Of a DNA stretch of 64,000 nt, positions 25,716 through 36,393 are shown piece after piece. The DNA is from an uncultured Gammaproteobacteria bacterium. Its GTDB lineage: Bacteria > Patescibacteriota > Microgenomatia > UBA1406 > HO2-37-13b. The DNA lies in NCBI GenBank assembly GCA_964422025.1, contig CAYQYZ010000001.1, forward strand, positions 184,200 to 248,199. Reading direction: 5' to 3'. The notes below the pieces were generated by a model, which made no database searches, was not told the origin of the DNA, and was given only the letters and a program-made list of their open reading frames with translations. The translations under genes were made by a program, and so were the position numbers. Position 1 is the first letter of the stretch. Each line of letters starts with the position of its first letter.

Positions 25716-27460
25716 TGTCAAACAATTCTGATTTAGATAATCTGCGTCATTCGGCTGCTCATTTGCTTGCAGCTGCTGTTATGGAGTTATGGCCTAGTAC
25801 TAAGCGTACCATCGGTCCTGCTATTGAAAACGGTTTTTATTTTGACTTTGAATTCGAACACCCAGTTTCAGAAAATGATTTTGCCAAAATTGAGCAAAAA
25901 ATGCATGAGCTTGTGAAAAAATGGGAATCATTTGAGCGCAGCGAACTCACTCCTGAAGACGCAAAGAAGGAATACGTAAACAATCCATATAAACATGAAC
26001 TGATCGATGAATTTTCACAAAACGGAGAAACGCTTACTTTTTATAAATCCGGCGATTACTGGGATTTATGTAAAGGCGGACATTGCGAACATCCAAGTCA
26101 AGAACTTAAACACTTCAAACTCCTCTCCGTTGCAGGCGCATATTGGCGCGGAAGCGAAAAAAATAAGATGCTTACTCGCATTTACGGAACTATTTTCCCG
26201 ACTAAAGAGGAACTTGATGCACACTTAACACTCCTCGAGGAAGCTAAAAAACGAGATCACCGAAAAATTGGAGCAGAACAGCAATTATTTTTCATTGACG
26301 ACGTTGTTGGAAAAGGACTGGTTATGTGGCTTCCTAATGGAACGATTATTCGCGATCAAATCGAGAAATTAGCCATTCAAATGGAAGAGAAAGATGGCTA
26401 TGTTCGAGTTGTTACTCCGCATATTGCAAAAGAAGAGCTATTCACAACCTCTGGACACCTACCATACTACAAAGAAGGCATGTTCCCACCGATGGTTATG
26501 GATGATGGCACGTACTATTTAAAAGCCATGAACTGCCCGCATCATCATCGGATCTACCTTCACACACCCAAGTCATATAGAGAGTTACCACTGAGACTTG
26601 CAGAGTATGGAACGGTGTATCGCAATGAAATGTCTGGAACGCTTGCCGGGCTCCTACGTGTTCGGGCCCTTGCCATGAACGACGCTCATATTTATTTGCG
26701 AAAAGATCAAGTAAAAGAAGAATTCAAAAAAGTCTTAAAACTCACAACCGAATATTTCAACATGTTTGGACTAAAAGATTATTGGTTCCGGCTTTCCAAA
26801 TGGGACAAAGCGCATAAAGAAAAATATATTGATGAACCTGAAAACTGGGAATATACCGAGCAAGTTATTCGAGAAGTGCTGCAAGAAGAAAAATATCAGT
26901 TTGAAGAAGTTGCCGATGAAGCCGCGTTTTACGGTCCAAAGGTTGATGTTCAATTTAAGTCAATTATCGGGCGCGAAGAGACTATGTCGACCATTCAGCT
27001 CGATTTTGCTGCAAAATCACGTTTTAATCTCTCTTATACGGATGAGACCGGAGCAGAGAACAATGAAGTATTTGTTATTCACCGCGCACCACTTTCCACG
27101 CATGAACGGTTCATGGCTTTCTTAATCGAGCACTATGCAGGAGCGTTTCCATTTTGGCTTGCGCCCGTACAAGTTTCAATTCTTCCAGTATCCGATAAGT
27201 TCGCTGATTACGCCCAAGAAATTGCTAACGAATTGAAAACTCACGGAGTCCGCGTTTTTGTCGATTCTGACAATAAAACGCTTGGCGCCAAGATTCGGCA
27301 AACCACATTGCAAAAGGTGCCCTTCATGTGTATAATAGGAGAGAAAGAAGTTGAAGCCAAGAATGTTTCGGTTCGAACACGAGAAGGACAGGATCTAGGA
27401 GTTATGTCGCTAGCAGAATTTGCTAACAAGTTATCAAACCACATTGAGAACAAACAATAA
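25716..27460 (+). CDS. thrS: Threonyl-tRNA synthetase
   Basis: HSAAHLLAAAVMELWP (editing/N2 region), class II aaRS motifs and an anticodon-binding C-terminus. I chose the start MSNNSDLDNLRHSAAH, because the ORF-track start at 25574 overlaps the Nudix gene. Confidence 0.85.
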
Positions 27461-27989
27461 TCGCTTTAAAAAAGACACGCGGGTTTGGTATGTCAGAAAT
27501 GAGCATATTTCCGCACCTGAACTGAGATTAATCGATGAAACTGGTCACCAACTTGAAGTCATGAAACGCGACGATGCCTTAGCGCTCGCCCGCGAAAAAG
27601 AAGTCGATTTGGTGTTAATTGCAGCACAAGCGCAACCACCAGTAGCAAAACTTATCGATTTCCAGAAGTTTTTGTATCAAGAGGAAAAAAAGAAAAAGGA
27701 AGCGAAAAAAGGCGTGAAGAAAAGTTCGACTAAAGATGTGCAAATATCACTCTTTATCGGCGCAAACGATTTGGAACGAATGCGAGCAAAAACTAAAGAG
27801 TTTATTGGCGAAGGAAATCAGGTACGAATAAAGCTCGGTTTACGAGGAAGAGAGCTTGGAAAAAAGAACATGGCGTTCGATTTAATGAAGAAATTTATTG
27901 AATCAGTTCCAGATAGCGCAGTTTCAAGCGAGCCAAAATTTGCGGGAAGAGTACTATTATGTGTACTTGTTCGCCGAAAGAAAAGTTAA
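27423..27989 (+). CDS. infC: Translation initiation factor IF-3. The start is probably non-ATG (TTG at 27423, or ATT at 27507) and overlaps the thrS 3' end
   Basis: ISAPELRLIDETGHQLEVM...DLVLIAAQAQPPVAKLIDFQKFLYQ...RGRE matches the IF3 N- and C-domains. There is no in-frame ATG before the conserved region. thrS-infC-rpmI-rplT synteny supports the call. Confidence 0.7.
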   Translation, partial: LTSYQTTLRTNNNRFKKDTRVWYVRNEHISAPELRLIDETGHQLEVMKRDDALALAREKEVDLVLIAAQAQPPVAKLIDFQKFLYQEEKKKKEAKKGVKKSSTKDVQISLFIGANDLERMRAKTKEFIGEGNQVRIKLGLRGRELGKKNMAFDLMKKFIESVPDSAVSSEPKFAGRVLLCVLVRRKKS

Positions 27990-27990
27990 T

Positions 27991-28188
27991 ATGGGAAATA
28001 AATTAAAAACTAGAAAATCAGCAAGCAAACGATTTAAAATGACCAAAACGGGTAAAATTTTACATCGTGCGCATGGTGCTCGACATTTAAAGAGCAACAA
28101 ATCAAAAAAAAGACTTCGTCACTTAAAGGCCGTACGTTCAGTACAAGGTATCTTTAAGAAAAAAATTCGACGAATGTTAGGAAAATAA
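27991..28188 (+). CDS. rpmI: 50S ribosomal protein L35
   Basis: MGNKLKTRKSASKRFKMTKTGKILHRAHGARH is the L35 pattern (K-x-K-T-x-S-x-x-KRF). Confidence 0.8.
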   Translation: MGNKLKTRKSASKRFKMTKTGKILHRAHGARHLKSNKSKKRLRHLKAVRSVQGIFKKKIRRMLGK

Positions 28189-28189
28189 T

Positions 28190-28537
28190 ATGGTACGAGT
28201 AAAAGGTGGCGTTAAATCGCACAGAAATCATAAAAAAGTCTTGGACCTTGCAAAAGGGTATCGAATGACCCGTCGCAAACACTTCCGTTCAGCTATGGAA
28301 GCGGTATTGCACGCGGGTGAATATGCCTTTGCTGGTCGAAAAGATCGAAAATCAAATTTCCGCACATTGTGGATTGTTCGTTTGAATAGTGCACTACGCT
28401 CTATGAACACTACCTACAGTGCATTTATTAACAAGCTTAAAGTGAAAAATATTGAGCTTGATCGAAAGGTACTTGCCAAACTTGCCGTTGAAGAACCGGC
28501 CCTGTTTGAAAAGATCGTGGCTGAAGTCAACAAGTAA
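28190..28537 (+). CDS. rplT: 50S ribosomal protein L20
   Basis: MVRVKGGVKSHRNHKKVLDLAKGYR...NFRTLWIVRLNSA...IELDRKVLAKLAV. Confidence 0.9.
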   Translation: MVRVKGGVKSHRNHKKVLDLAKGYRMTRRKHFRSAMEAVLHAGEYAFAGRKDRKSNFRTLWIVRLNSALRSMNTTYSAFINKLKVKNIELDRKVLAKLAVEEPALFEKIVAEVNK

Positions 28538-28543
28538 CTTTCT

Positions 28544-29596
28544 ATGCCCACCAAAAAAAGCGACATTCTTACGACATTTAGTCAAAAACTCTCCTCTATT
28601 ACCTCACTTTCCACTCTTGAGCAACTCCAAATCGATTATTTAGGTCGTAAGGGACTTGTGAATAAATTGTTTACTGATATGAAGGATGTGAGTGACTCGG
28701 AGAGAGGATCGTATGGGAAGATGGTTAATGAGGTAAAAGATGAAATTACCGCAGTAGTTGAAAATAAGAAAAAAGAACTCACCGACGCTTCACTTAACAA
28801 TGTATGGACCGATGTAACACTTCCAGGCGAGAAGCCTCCTAAAGGGAGCTTACACTTAGTTACGTACGCAATTGAGGAGATTAGTGCAATTTTTGAGCGA
28901 ATCGGCTTTGCTCGCCAGTCATATCCGGAAGTTGAATGGGAATATTTTTCATTTGAAAGTTTAAATATGCCCCCCGGGCACCCAGCCCGAGACGATTTTG
29001 AAACGTTTTTTGTAGAAGCCCCAGCACATGCAAAACACGGTCGAATGGTTCTTACTCCACACACCTCAAATGGCCAAATTCGTGAAATGATGCGTGTTAA
29101 AACACCGCCAATTGCCATGATCAATATTTCCAAAACATACCGCCCTAACTGGGATGTTTCGCATACTCCTATGTTTCATCAGTTCGAAGGACTATGTATT
29201 GATGAGGGAATTACCATTGCGAACTTAAAAGGAACAATCGATTACTTTGCTACTAACTTCTTTGGACCAAACAGAAAAACTCGTTTGCGCCCCTATCATT
29301 TCCAATTTACCGAACCATCATTTGAAGTCGATATTAGTTGTGACATTTGCGATGGAACCGGATTTTTGAAAAAGGATGCAAAATGTAAACTTTGCAAGCA
29401 AGGATGGCTTGAACTTGGAGGAGCCGGCATGGTTCATCCAAATGTTTTGAAAGAAGGGAAAGTTGATACTAATAAATATAGTGGCTTCGCATTCGGTTTT
29501 GGAATTGAACGTGTATACATGATGAAAGGCGGACTAAAACTAGACGATTTGCGAACTATTTATAGCGGCGATATTAGATTTTTAGAACAGTTTTAA
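28544..29596 (+). CDS. pheS: Phenylalanyl-tRNA synthetase alpha subunit
   Basis: Class II core FQFTEPSFEVDISC...GWLELGGAGMVHPNVL...FGFGIERV. Confidence 0.9.
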   Translation: MPTKKSDILTTFSQKLSSITSLSTLEQLQIDYLGRKGLVNKLFTDMKDVSDSERGSYGKMVNEVKDEITAVVENKKKELTDASLNNVWTDVTLPGEKPPKGSLHLVTYAIEEISAIFERIGFARQSYPEVEWEYFSFESLNMPPGHPARDDFETFFVEAPAHAKHGRMVLTPHTSNGQIREMMRVKTPPIAMINISKTYRPNWDVSHTPMFHQFEGLCIDEGITIANLKGTIDYFATNFFGPNRKTRLRPYHFQFTEPSFEVDISCDICDGTGFLKKDAKCKLCKQGWLELGGAGMVHPNVLKEGKVDTNKYSGFAFGFGIERVYMMKGGLKLDDLRTIYSGDIRFLEQF

Positions 29597-29597
29597 T

Positions 29598-31574
29598 ATG
29601 AATATAAAAATTACCCACAATTGGCTGCTTGAATATTTGGATACCGATGCAGATCCATATGAGCTGCAAAAATATCTTTCATTGTGTGGTCCTTCTATTG
29701 AGCGTGTGGAAAAAATTGATGATGATTATTCATTAGATATTGAAGTTACTTCGAATAGAATCGACAGCGCGAGCGTATATGGTATTGCGCAAGAAGCGAG
29801 CGCGATTCTGCCCCAATTTGGAAAAAAAGCAAAACTGAAGTTTAATCCGTTGGAAAAATATACGTTTAAATCTCTTGGTGAACTGACAGGAGAGCTCACC
29901 GCAGAGATTAAACTACTTGATCCTAAACTAGCTTCTCGAGTAACCGCGATCATCCTCTCTAATATAGAAATAGGGAAGTCTCCTGAATTAATCAGTAAGC
30001 GTCTTACCATGTGCGATATAAAATCAATTAATAATGTCGTCGATATTTCCAATTACCTTATGCTTTCATTGGGCCAACCAAATCATACATTTGATTACGA
30101 CAAAATCGTAGATCATAAACTTCACATACGAGAAAGTAAAAAAGGCGAAACAGTAAAAACACTTGATGAAAAAGAAATTATACTTCCGGGTGGCGATATT
30201 GTTATCGAGGACGGATCGGGCAACTTAACTGACTTGGCTGGTATTATGGGCGGCTACGATTCTATGATTTCTGACTCAACAAAAAACGTGCTTCTTTTAC
30301 TAGAAACATACGATCCAAAAAAAATTAGAAAAACTTCTATGACAACAGGGCAAAGAACTATTGCCGCAACCTACTTTGAAAAGGGGCTAGATCCTGAAAG
30401 AATTGAGTCAACATTGGTTTATGGAGTTGGGTTGCTTAAGGAGTATGCATCGGCAACTGTGGATTCAGATGTCATCGATATATACCCGCAGCCTGTAAAA
30501 CCAAAAAACATTACTGTTTCTGTACAAAAAATCAACTCTCTTATTGGAGAACCCGTTGCGGCCAAAAAAATGCAAGAAATTCTTGAAAATATTGGGTTTG
30601 AAACGACTATAAAAGGAGATGCTTTAGATATTCTCATTCCCTCATACCGAATTCGTGACGTAGAAACCTGGCAAGATATTGCCGAAGAAATTGCTCGAAT
30701 TTATGGATACTTTAACATTGTTGGGAAACTACAATCCACTCGAGCGATGAGTGCAGATCAAACACTACAAAAGACTTTTGCCGTTGAACGAAAAGCAAAA
30801 TATTATCTAAAACATACAGGTCTTCAGGAAGCATACAACTACTCAATGATTTCAAAACAAACAATTGATCGAACTAATTATGAAGAAAAAGAATTCTTAA
30901 AATTGAAAAATACAATTTCTGAGAATATTGAATATTTGAAAACTTTACTCCTACCGTCGCTTGTAGAAAACATTGAGCAAAATGAAGGAAAGCGACCAAG
31001 TCTTTCATTTTTTGAAATCGCAAAAACGTACAAAAAAAACGATGGGGAATTGCCGATTGAAAAACGACACCTTGCAATCGCCACTCGAAAATCTTATGCG
31101 CATTTGAAAGGAATTCTCGAAGGGTTATTTGCAGAACTTAATATTACCAACTTTTCATTTGAAGCAGAAAAGGAGAGTCGATTGTTCAATAAGAATTTAG
31201 TTGCAAAAATAAAATTCGGAGACTTATATAACGGCCATATCGGACTAATAGCAGGACAAGCAGATATGTATGGTGTAGAGCTCGACTTTGACCGATTAGT
31301 TTTGGAGGCTAGTTCAATTCCTGCGTATGCTCCAATAAGCACTTATGCAACGATCCGTCTCGATGTAACGTATGTTTCATCACCAAAACTTACATTCAAT
31401 AATATTAAAGATACCGCATTCAAAACAAGCAAATTGCTTAAAGAAGTACACTTACTTGACCGGTATCAAGATAAAGCAACGATTCAGTTCGTTTTCACGA
31501 GTAACAGAGATAATATCACCGAAGAAATTGTAAAAGAAGAACTTGTCAAAATTAAAAAGGGAACAGGAATCTAA
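29598..31574 (+). CDS. pheT: Phenylalanyl-tRNA synthetase beta subunit (short form)
   Basis: Starts 2 nt after pheS. Has B3/4 and B5 domain features. 658 aa lacking the N-terminal tRNA-binding domain. Confidence 0.8.
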   Translation: MNIKITHNWLLEYLDTDADPYELQKYLSLCGPSIERVEKIDDDYSLDIEVTSNRIDSASVYGIAQEASAILPQFGKKAKLKFNPLEKYTFKSLGELTGELTAEIKLLDPKLASRVTAIILSNIEIGKSPELISKRLTMCDIKSINNVVDISNYLMLSLGQPNHTFDYDKIVDHKLHIRESKKGETVKTLDEKEIILPGGDIVIEDGSGNLTDLAGIMGGYDSMISDSTKNVLLLLETYDPKKIRKTSMTTGQRTIAATYFEKGLDPERIESTLVYGVGLLKEYASATVDSDVIDIYPQPVKPKNITVSVQKINSLIGEPVAAKKMQEILENIGFETTIKGDALDILIPSYRIRDVETWQDIAEEIARIYGYFNIVGKLQSTRAMSADQTLQKTFAVERKAKYYLKHTGLQEAYNYSMISKQTIDRTNYEEKEFLKLKNTISENIEYLKTLLLPSLVENIEQNEGKRPSLSFFEIAKTYKKNDGELPIEKRHLAIATRKSYAHLKGILEGLFAELNITNFSFEAEKESRLFNKNLVAKIKFGDLYNGHIGLIAGQADMYGVELDFDRLVLEASSIPAYAPISTYATIRLDVTYVSSPKLTFNNIKDTAFKTSKLLKEVHLLDRYQDKATIQFVFTSNRDNITEEIVKEELVKIKKGTGI

Positions 31575-34118
31575 CTACGGAGTAGGTGTCACTTCATCCC
31601 AATTTTTCTTTATCCCAATCTTTAAAGTAGAATCTGTAGAACTTCCTTTTGAATTGCTCGAAAATACTTTTATCTCATACACACCATCTGGCAAATTTAA
31701 TGTCTCATCAATATCTCGTTGATCATCGGTAAACGTTTTTTTTACCGTTCCATTAACTATGATTTCGGTCTTTTCAACTCTATCAAGCGACGTAATTTTT
31801 GCTCTAACTCGGACATCATTTGACTCTAGTCGACAATGATCACATGGTTCTTTTATTGATACGACAATCTTTCCTGAATTAGAATCAGAAGTATCGGTTG
31901 GTGGTTTGAATTTGCCATCCGATTGTTCATTTCTCCATTCATTTATCGCTTCCTGCCAACGATTTTTTCCGTCTGTGGAAACTGGATCATTTTCGGTAAT
32001 AACAATAAAGTCTTTTTCTTCATAATCACCCATCTTTACTTCCAGCTCATTAGCAATTTTTCCGGTACTTTTTGATATTTTCAGTTTTTTGTAATATGGC
32101 GAAGTATCCTTGGGTTCGGTTCCTTTTATAAAATATTCCGATCGTTGCGGCTGTCCATCTTTAGGCAATCCTCCTAAAAATGCATCAATCTGTAGCGACG
32201 TAACATCATCGGGAACTTCCATAATGCCATTTGGATATTTACCTAATAACGAGGTCATAATTTTGCTCCAAATAGGCGACGCTCCCGTAACGCCTGAAGC
32301 AATTTTGGAATTCATGGGCGAATTATCATTATTTCCAACCCACACACCCACCGTTACTCCTTTGGTGTATCCAACGGTCCAGTTATCGCGCTTATCATTT
32401 GTAGTACCTGTTTTAACTGCAACAGTTTTTCCGGGAATATTCAAAAAACTTCGACCTCCAAAAGCATCTATACGAGCATTGTTATCGGAAAGAATATGGG
32501 AAATTAGAAACGCAGCTCCGGTTGAAAGAACACGTCGTTCATTTTCATCTTTGTTTCGATACAATACTTTTCCACGCGAATCCTTCACTTGCAAAATCGA
32601 TGAATAATCGCGAGCAACTCCTTCACGAGCAAAAACAGAGTATGCACTGGTCAAATCGAGCAGTCGAGTCTCTCCACCACCTAAGGTAATGGCGAGTCCA
32701 AATCGATTCATATTTGCAGTCGTTGGTTCAAATTGTGAAAGTCCCATGTCGTATGATTTCTGCAAGAAATCTTTCACTCCAACCATAGCAACCAGCTTCA
32801 CAGCTGGAACATTGTACGAATTGCCGAGTGCAAAACGAAGCTGCGTTGGACCACGGAATTTTCCGTCATAATTTACCGGGACATACTCTTTCCCACCCTG
32901 ATCAGGGAATACGGTTTTCACATCCATAAGCACCGTTGACGGCGTGTAACCTTTTTCAAACGCAGTAGCGTAGGTCACCGGCTTAATTGCCGAACCCGGT
33001 TGACGAAGCGCGGTAGCTGTATTAAATCGTCCATATTCGTTATCGTTATAATCGTACGAACCCACCATCGACAAAATCTCATTTGTTTCAGAATCCAAAA
33101 CTACGGCAGCACCATTAGTAGCATTTAACGATTTAATCTTCTCAATTTCTTCTTTAACAATCTTTTCGGCATTTGCTTGTACATCAAGTGAGAGCGTTGT
33201 TTTTATTGCCAAACCTTGATCTAGAATTTTATCGCCAAACATTTTGGCCAATTGGTCGCGAACGTAAAACACAAAATGCGGAGCAGGGAATGCAACGTGC
33301 GGGGCAGTAAACTTCATATTATTAAGCTGAATTAAACTATCTAGTTCTTGCTTTTTAGTAATATATCCGTCTTCACGCATTCGGCGAAGTACCGCTTTTG
33401 TTCGGGGAATATACGCACCTTCAACTCCAATAAATGGAGAATATACACTTGGCAACTGGGGTAGACCAGCTAAAAATGCCGATTCTGTTAGATTCAGCTT
33501 ACTGGTATCTTTTCCGAAATATCCTTGGGCCGCGGCTTCAACTCCCCAAAAACTTCCTCCATACGGAGCTTCGTTCATGTACATTTGCAGAATTTCGTCT
33601 TTGGTATAGCGACGTTCAATTTCAATTGAGAGTACTAGTTCTTTAATTTTTCGTGATAATGTTCGCTCGGATGTTAGGAGTACATTCTTTACCAATTGTT
33701 GTGTAAGTGTCGATCCTCCCTCAGTTCGTCTCAGAACGACGGTGTTGAATACTGCACGCAACAATCCCCGAGTGGAGTATCCACTATGCGTGTAAAATTC
33801 GCGGTCTTCAATGGCAACCGTTGCATTCTTCAAATCTTTTGAAACGTTTTTTATATCAACCGGAATTCTATTTTTATCTTTATACATCTGATAAATAATC
33901 TTGTCTTCACGATCATAAAACGTTGTTGCGTTTCCACTAGAATCTTTCAATTTATTCGGAGAAGGAAGATCAGCTGAAAAGTATGCGAAGATTAAAAATG
34001 CAAGAAAAAAAAGACCCACAATGGCACCAATTCCCAGGTATACAAGCTTGAGCGATAAATTCTGAGTCCTAAAAATCCCACCCCCCCTGCGCAATCGTCG
34101 TTTAAAAGCCAATTTCAT
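31575..34118 (-). CDS. Class A penicillin-binding protein (PBP1A-type bifunctional transglycosylase/transpeptidase) with C-terminal extension
   Basis: N-terminal TM, then GT51 motifs (ATVAIEDREFYTHSGY, GGSTLTQQLVKN). The transpeptidase domain has STGAA (SxxK-like region), SxN, KTG (VAVKTGTTND). Confidence 0.85.
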   Translation of the reverse strand: MKLAFKRRLRRGGGIFRTQNLSLKLVYLGIGAIVGLFFLAFLIFAYFSADLPSPNKLKDSSGNATTFYDREDKIIYQMYKDKNRIPVDIKNVSKDLKNATVAIEDREFYTHSGYSTRGLLRAVFNTVVLRRTEGGSTLTQQLVKNVLLTSERTLSRKIKELVLSIEIERRYTKDEILQMYMNEAPYGGSFWGVEAAAQGYFGKDTSKLNLTESAFLAGLPQLPSVYSPFIGVEGAYIPRTKAVLRRMREDGYITKKQELDSLIQLNNMKFTAPHVAFPAPHFVFYVRDQLAKMFGDKILDQGLAIKTTLSLDVQANAEKIVKEEIEKIKSLNATNGAAVVLDSETNEILSMVGSYDYNDNEYGRFNTATALRQPGSAIKPVTYATAFEKGYTPSTVLMDVKTVFPDQGGKEYVPVNYDGKFRGPTQLRFALGNSYNVPAVKLVAMVGVKDFLQKSYDMGLSQFEPTTANMNRFGLAITLGGGETRLLDLTSAYSVFAREGVARDYSSILQVKDSRGKVLYRNKDENERRVLSTGAAFLISHILSDNNARIDAFGGRSFLNIPGKTVAVKTGTTNDKRDNWTVGYTKGVTVGVWVGNNDNSPMNSKIASGVTGASPIWSKIMTSLLGKYPNGIMEVPDDVTSLQIDAFLGGLPKDGQPQRSEYFIKGTEPKDTSPYYKKLKISKSTGKIANELEVKMGDYEEKDFIVITENDPVSTDGKNRWQEAINEWRNEQSDGKFKPPTDTSDSNSGKIVVSIKEPCDHCRLESNDVRVRAKITSLDRVEKTEIIVNGTVKKTFTDDQRDIDETLNLPDGVYEIKVFSSNSKGSSTDSTLKIGIKKNWDEVTPTP

Positions 34119-34203
34119 AGTATCATTATACTAGAAATGAAAATAATGTCCAAATGAGTGGTATTAAGAGTTCAGTTCCATGATAAATAACGTATAATAG
34201 TTC

Positions 34204-34311
34204 TATGAAACTCCGTGAAAAAATTAATGTGCAGATTATTTGGAAAATAATTGTTGTTATCGCTTCGCTCTTGCTGGTGCTTTCATCAATCTTTCCCCTT
34301 TTTATACAGTA
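34204..34311 (+). CDS. Possible small membrane protein (35 aa) upstream of recG
   Basis: Manual: MKLREKINVQIIWKIIVVIASLLLVLSSIFPLFIQ. Too short to be in the ORF track. No homology evidence. Confidence 0.15.
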
Positions 34312-34320
34312 AAATAGGGC

Positions 34321-36393
34321 ATGGATATTGATAGCCCGATTTCAACGCTTCCTCGAACATCTTCACTTACGATTCAAAAATTTAAGTCGCTTGAAATACT
34401 TTCCATCGCTGATTTACTAAACTACTTTCCAACTCGTTATGAGGATTACTCTCTTATTGCACCAATTAAAGACTTGGGGAAATATTTTACGCTTGAAGGC
34501 GAAAAAAAACAGAAAATAACGATTGTTGGAACCGTCGATTCTATGAAAAATGTATTTACTCGACGCGGGTTCAAATTACAAACAGCAGCAATCTCTGACA
34601 ATACCGGGAGCGTTGAGATTGTATGGTTTAATCAATATTATTTAATAAATCTTATTAAAGCTGGGCAAAAGATCTCACTTTCCGGAACGGTAAAGCCCGA
34701 TAAGCGAGGATACACGCTACAAGTTGAAGAATTTGAAATTTTAGATGGAATCAAAGAATCTATTCACAGCGGACGATTGGTTCCTATATATTCTGAAAAA
34801 GTGGGGCTTTCTAATAAAACGATCCGAGAAAAAATATATTCGGTTTTAGGTGAATTGCAAAATACCGATGCATCGATTGTTCCTGATACAGTCGCTACGA
34901 GTGTAGATCTTATGGGTGCTGCTGCGGCGTATAGGGCAATCCACTTTCCGCTAAACGAAGCGGTGGCACAAAAAGCTCGAGCACGACTCTCATTCGACGA
35001 ACTTTTCGTTATGCAACTGGCTTCTCGAATTATTCGAAATAAATGGCATGAAAAGAAAGTTAGCAAAGTTATCACTCTAAAAGAGAGTGATGAGAAAAAA
35101 TTGAACAGTTTTATCGCCTCGTTGCCATTTACCCTCACAGGAGCTCAAGTTCGCTCATTTGAAGAGATTAAAACAGATATATTAAAGCCCTATCCAATGA
35201 ATCGACTGCTGCAGGGTGACGTGGGAAGCGGAAAGACGGTTATTGGCGCACTGGCTGCATATGTAGTTGCTCTGAATGGCTACAAAACACTCTTTATGGC
35301 ACCAACGGAAGTTTTAGCACTGCAACATTTTGAGACAATTCAAAAGTTATTTAAGGAGCATGACTCTATTAAGACCGCGGTTTACACCGGCTCACATAAG
35401 TCATCCGCTGAGGAGCTTGAAAGTGCCTCAATTATCGTAGGAACCCATGCTCTCATAAGTTCCAAATTCCAAACAGAAAATGTGGGGCTGATTATCGTCG
35501 ATGAACAACATAAATTTGGTGTTGCCCAACGCCAGGAATTAAAAAGCAAATCTGCCCGTCCACACCTCCTCTCCATGACCGCAACTCCGATTCCTCGAAC
35601 AGTTAGTCTAACACTCTATGGAGAGCTAGATATTTCGATCATTGATGAACTTCCCAAAGGGCGGCTTGCTATAAAATCGCATGTTGTCCCTCCTACAAAG
35701 AGAGCGGATGGGTATAAGTGGATTGTTGAAGAAATCAAAAAACATAAAACGCAGGTATTTATTGTATGCCCACTTATCGATGAGTCAGAGAGTGAGACAA
35801 TGAAAGAAGTAAAAGCGGTAAAAGCAGAATTTGACATGCTTTCAAAAGGTCCGCTGAAAAAGGTGTCACTCTCACTACTTCACGGACGATTGAGCTCAAA
35901 GGAGAAAGAATCTGTTATGAATGAATTTGCTGCTGGCAAAACGGATGTGCTCGTCTCTACACCTGTTGTCGAGGTCGGAGTAGACATTCCCAATGCTACA
36001 ATTATGATAGTCGAGGCTGCTGAGCGTTTTGGATTGTCGCAACTTCACCAACTCCGGGGGCGGGTAGGACGAGGAGATAAGCAATCCTACTGTTTCTTAT
36101 TCACGGAAAAAACAGATGAAGAAATTATTAAACGTCTTCAATTTTTTGCAAAAACAAGTAATGGATTTGAATTAGCAGAGTACGATTTAAAGCACCGAGG
36201 AAGTGGCGATATTTTTGGGCTCAAACAACATGGACTTTCCAAACTCCGCATTGCTTCCTTTAATGATCTACCTATGGTAAAACTTAGCGGACAAGCTGCA
36301 AATAATTTTATGAAAGAATTTGACGTAGTAAAATTTCCTAAACTGTTCAAAAAAGTTGAACAGTTTGAAATTGAAAAAATTGCAAATGACTAA
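34321..36393 (+). CDS. recG: ATP-dependent DNA helicase RecG
   Basis: Wedge domain N-terminus, helicase motifs (DVGSGKTVIGALA, DEQHKFG, SMTATPIPRT, QLRGRVGRG) and a C-terminal RecG domain. Confidence 0.9.
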   Translation: MDIDSPISTLPRTSSLTIQKFKSLEILSIADLLNYFPTRYEDYSLIAPIKDLGKYFTLEGEKKQKITIVGTVDSMKNVFTRRGFKLQTAAISDNTGSVEIVWFNQYYLINLIKAGQKISLSGTVKPDKRGYTLQVEEFEILDGIKESIHSGRLVPIYSEKVGLSNKTIREKIYSVLGELQNTDASIVPDTVATSVDLMGAAAAYRAIHFPLNEAVAQKARARLSFDELFVMQLASRIIRNKWHEKKVSKVITLKESDEKKLNSFIASLPFTLTGAQVRSFEEIKTDILKPYPMNRLLQGDVGSGKTVIGALAAYVVALNGYKTLFMAPTEVLALQHFETIQKLFKEHDSIKTAVYTGSHKSSAEELESASIIVGTHALISSKFQTENVGLIIVDEQHKFGVAQRQELKSKSARPHLLSMTATPIPRTVSLTLYGELDISIIDELPKGRLAIKSHVVPPTKRADGYKWIVEEIKKHKTQVFIVCPLIDESESETMKEVKAVKAEFDMLSKGPLKKVSLSLLHGRLSSKEKESVMNEFAAGKTDVLVSTPVVEVGVDIPNATIMIVEAAERFGLSQLHQLRGRVGRGDKQSYCFLFTEKTDEEIIKRLQFFAKTSNGFELAEYDLKHRGSGDIFGLKQHGLSKLRIASFNDLPMVKLSGQAANNFMKEFDVVKFPKLFKKVEQFEIEKIAND

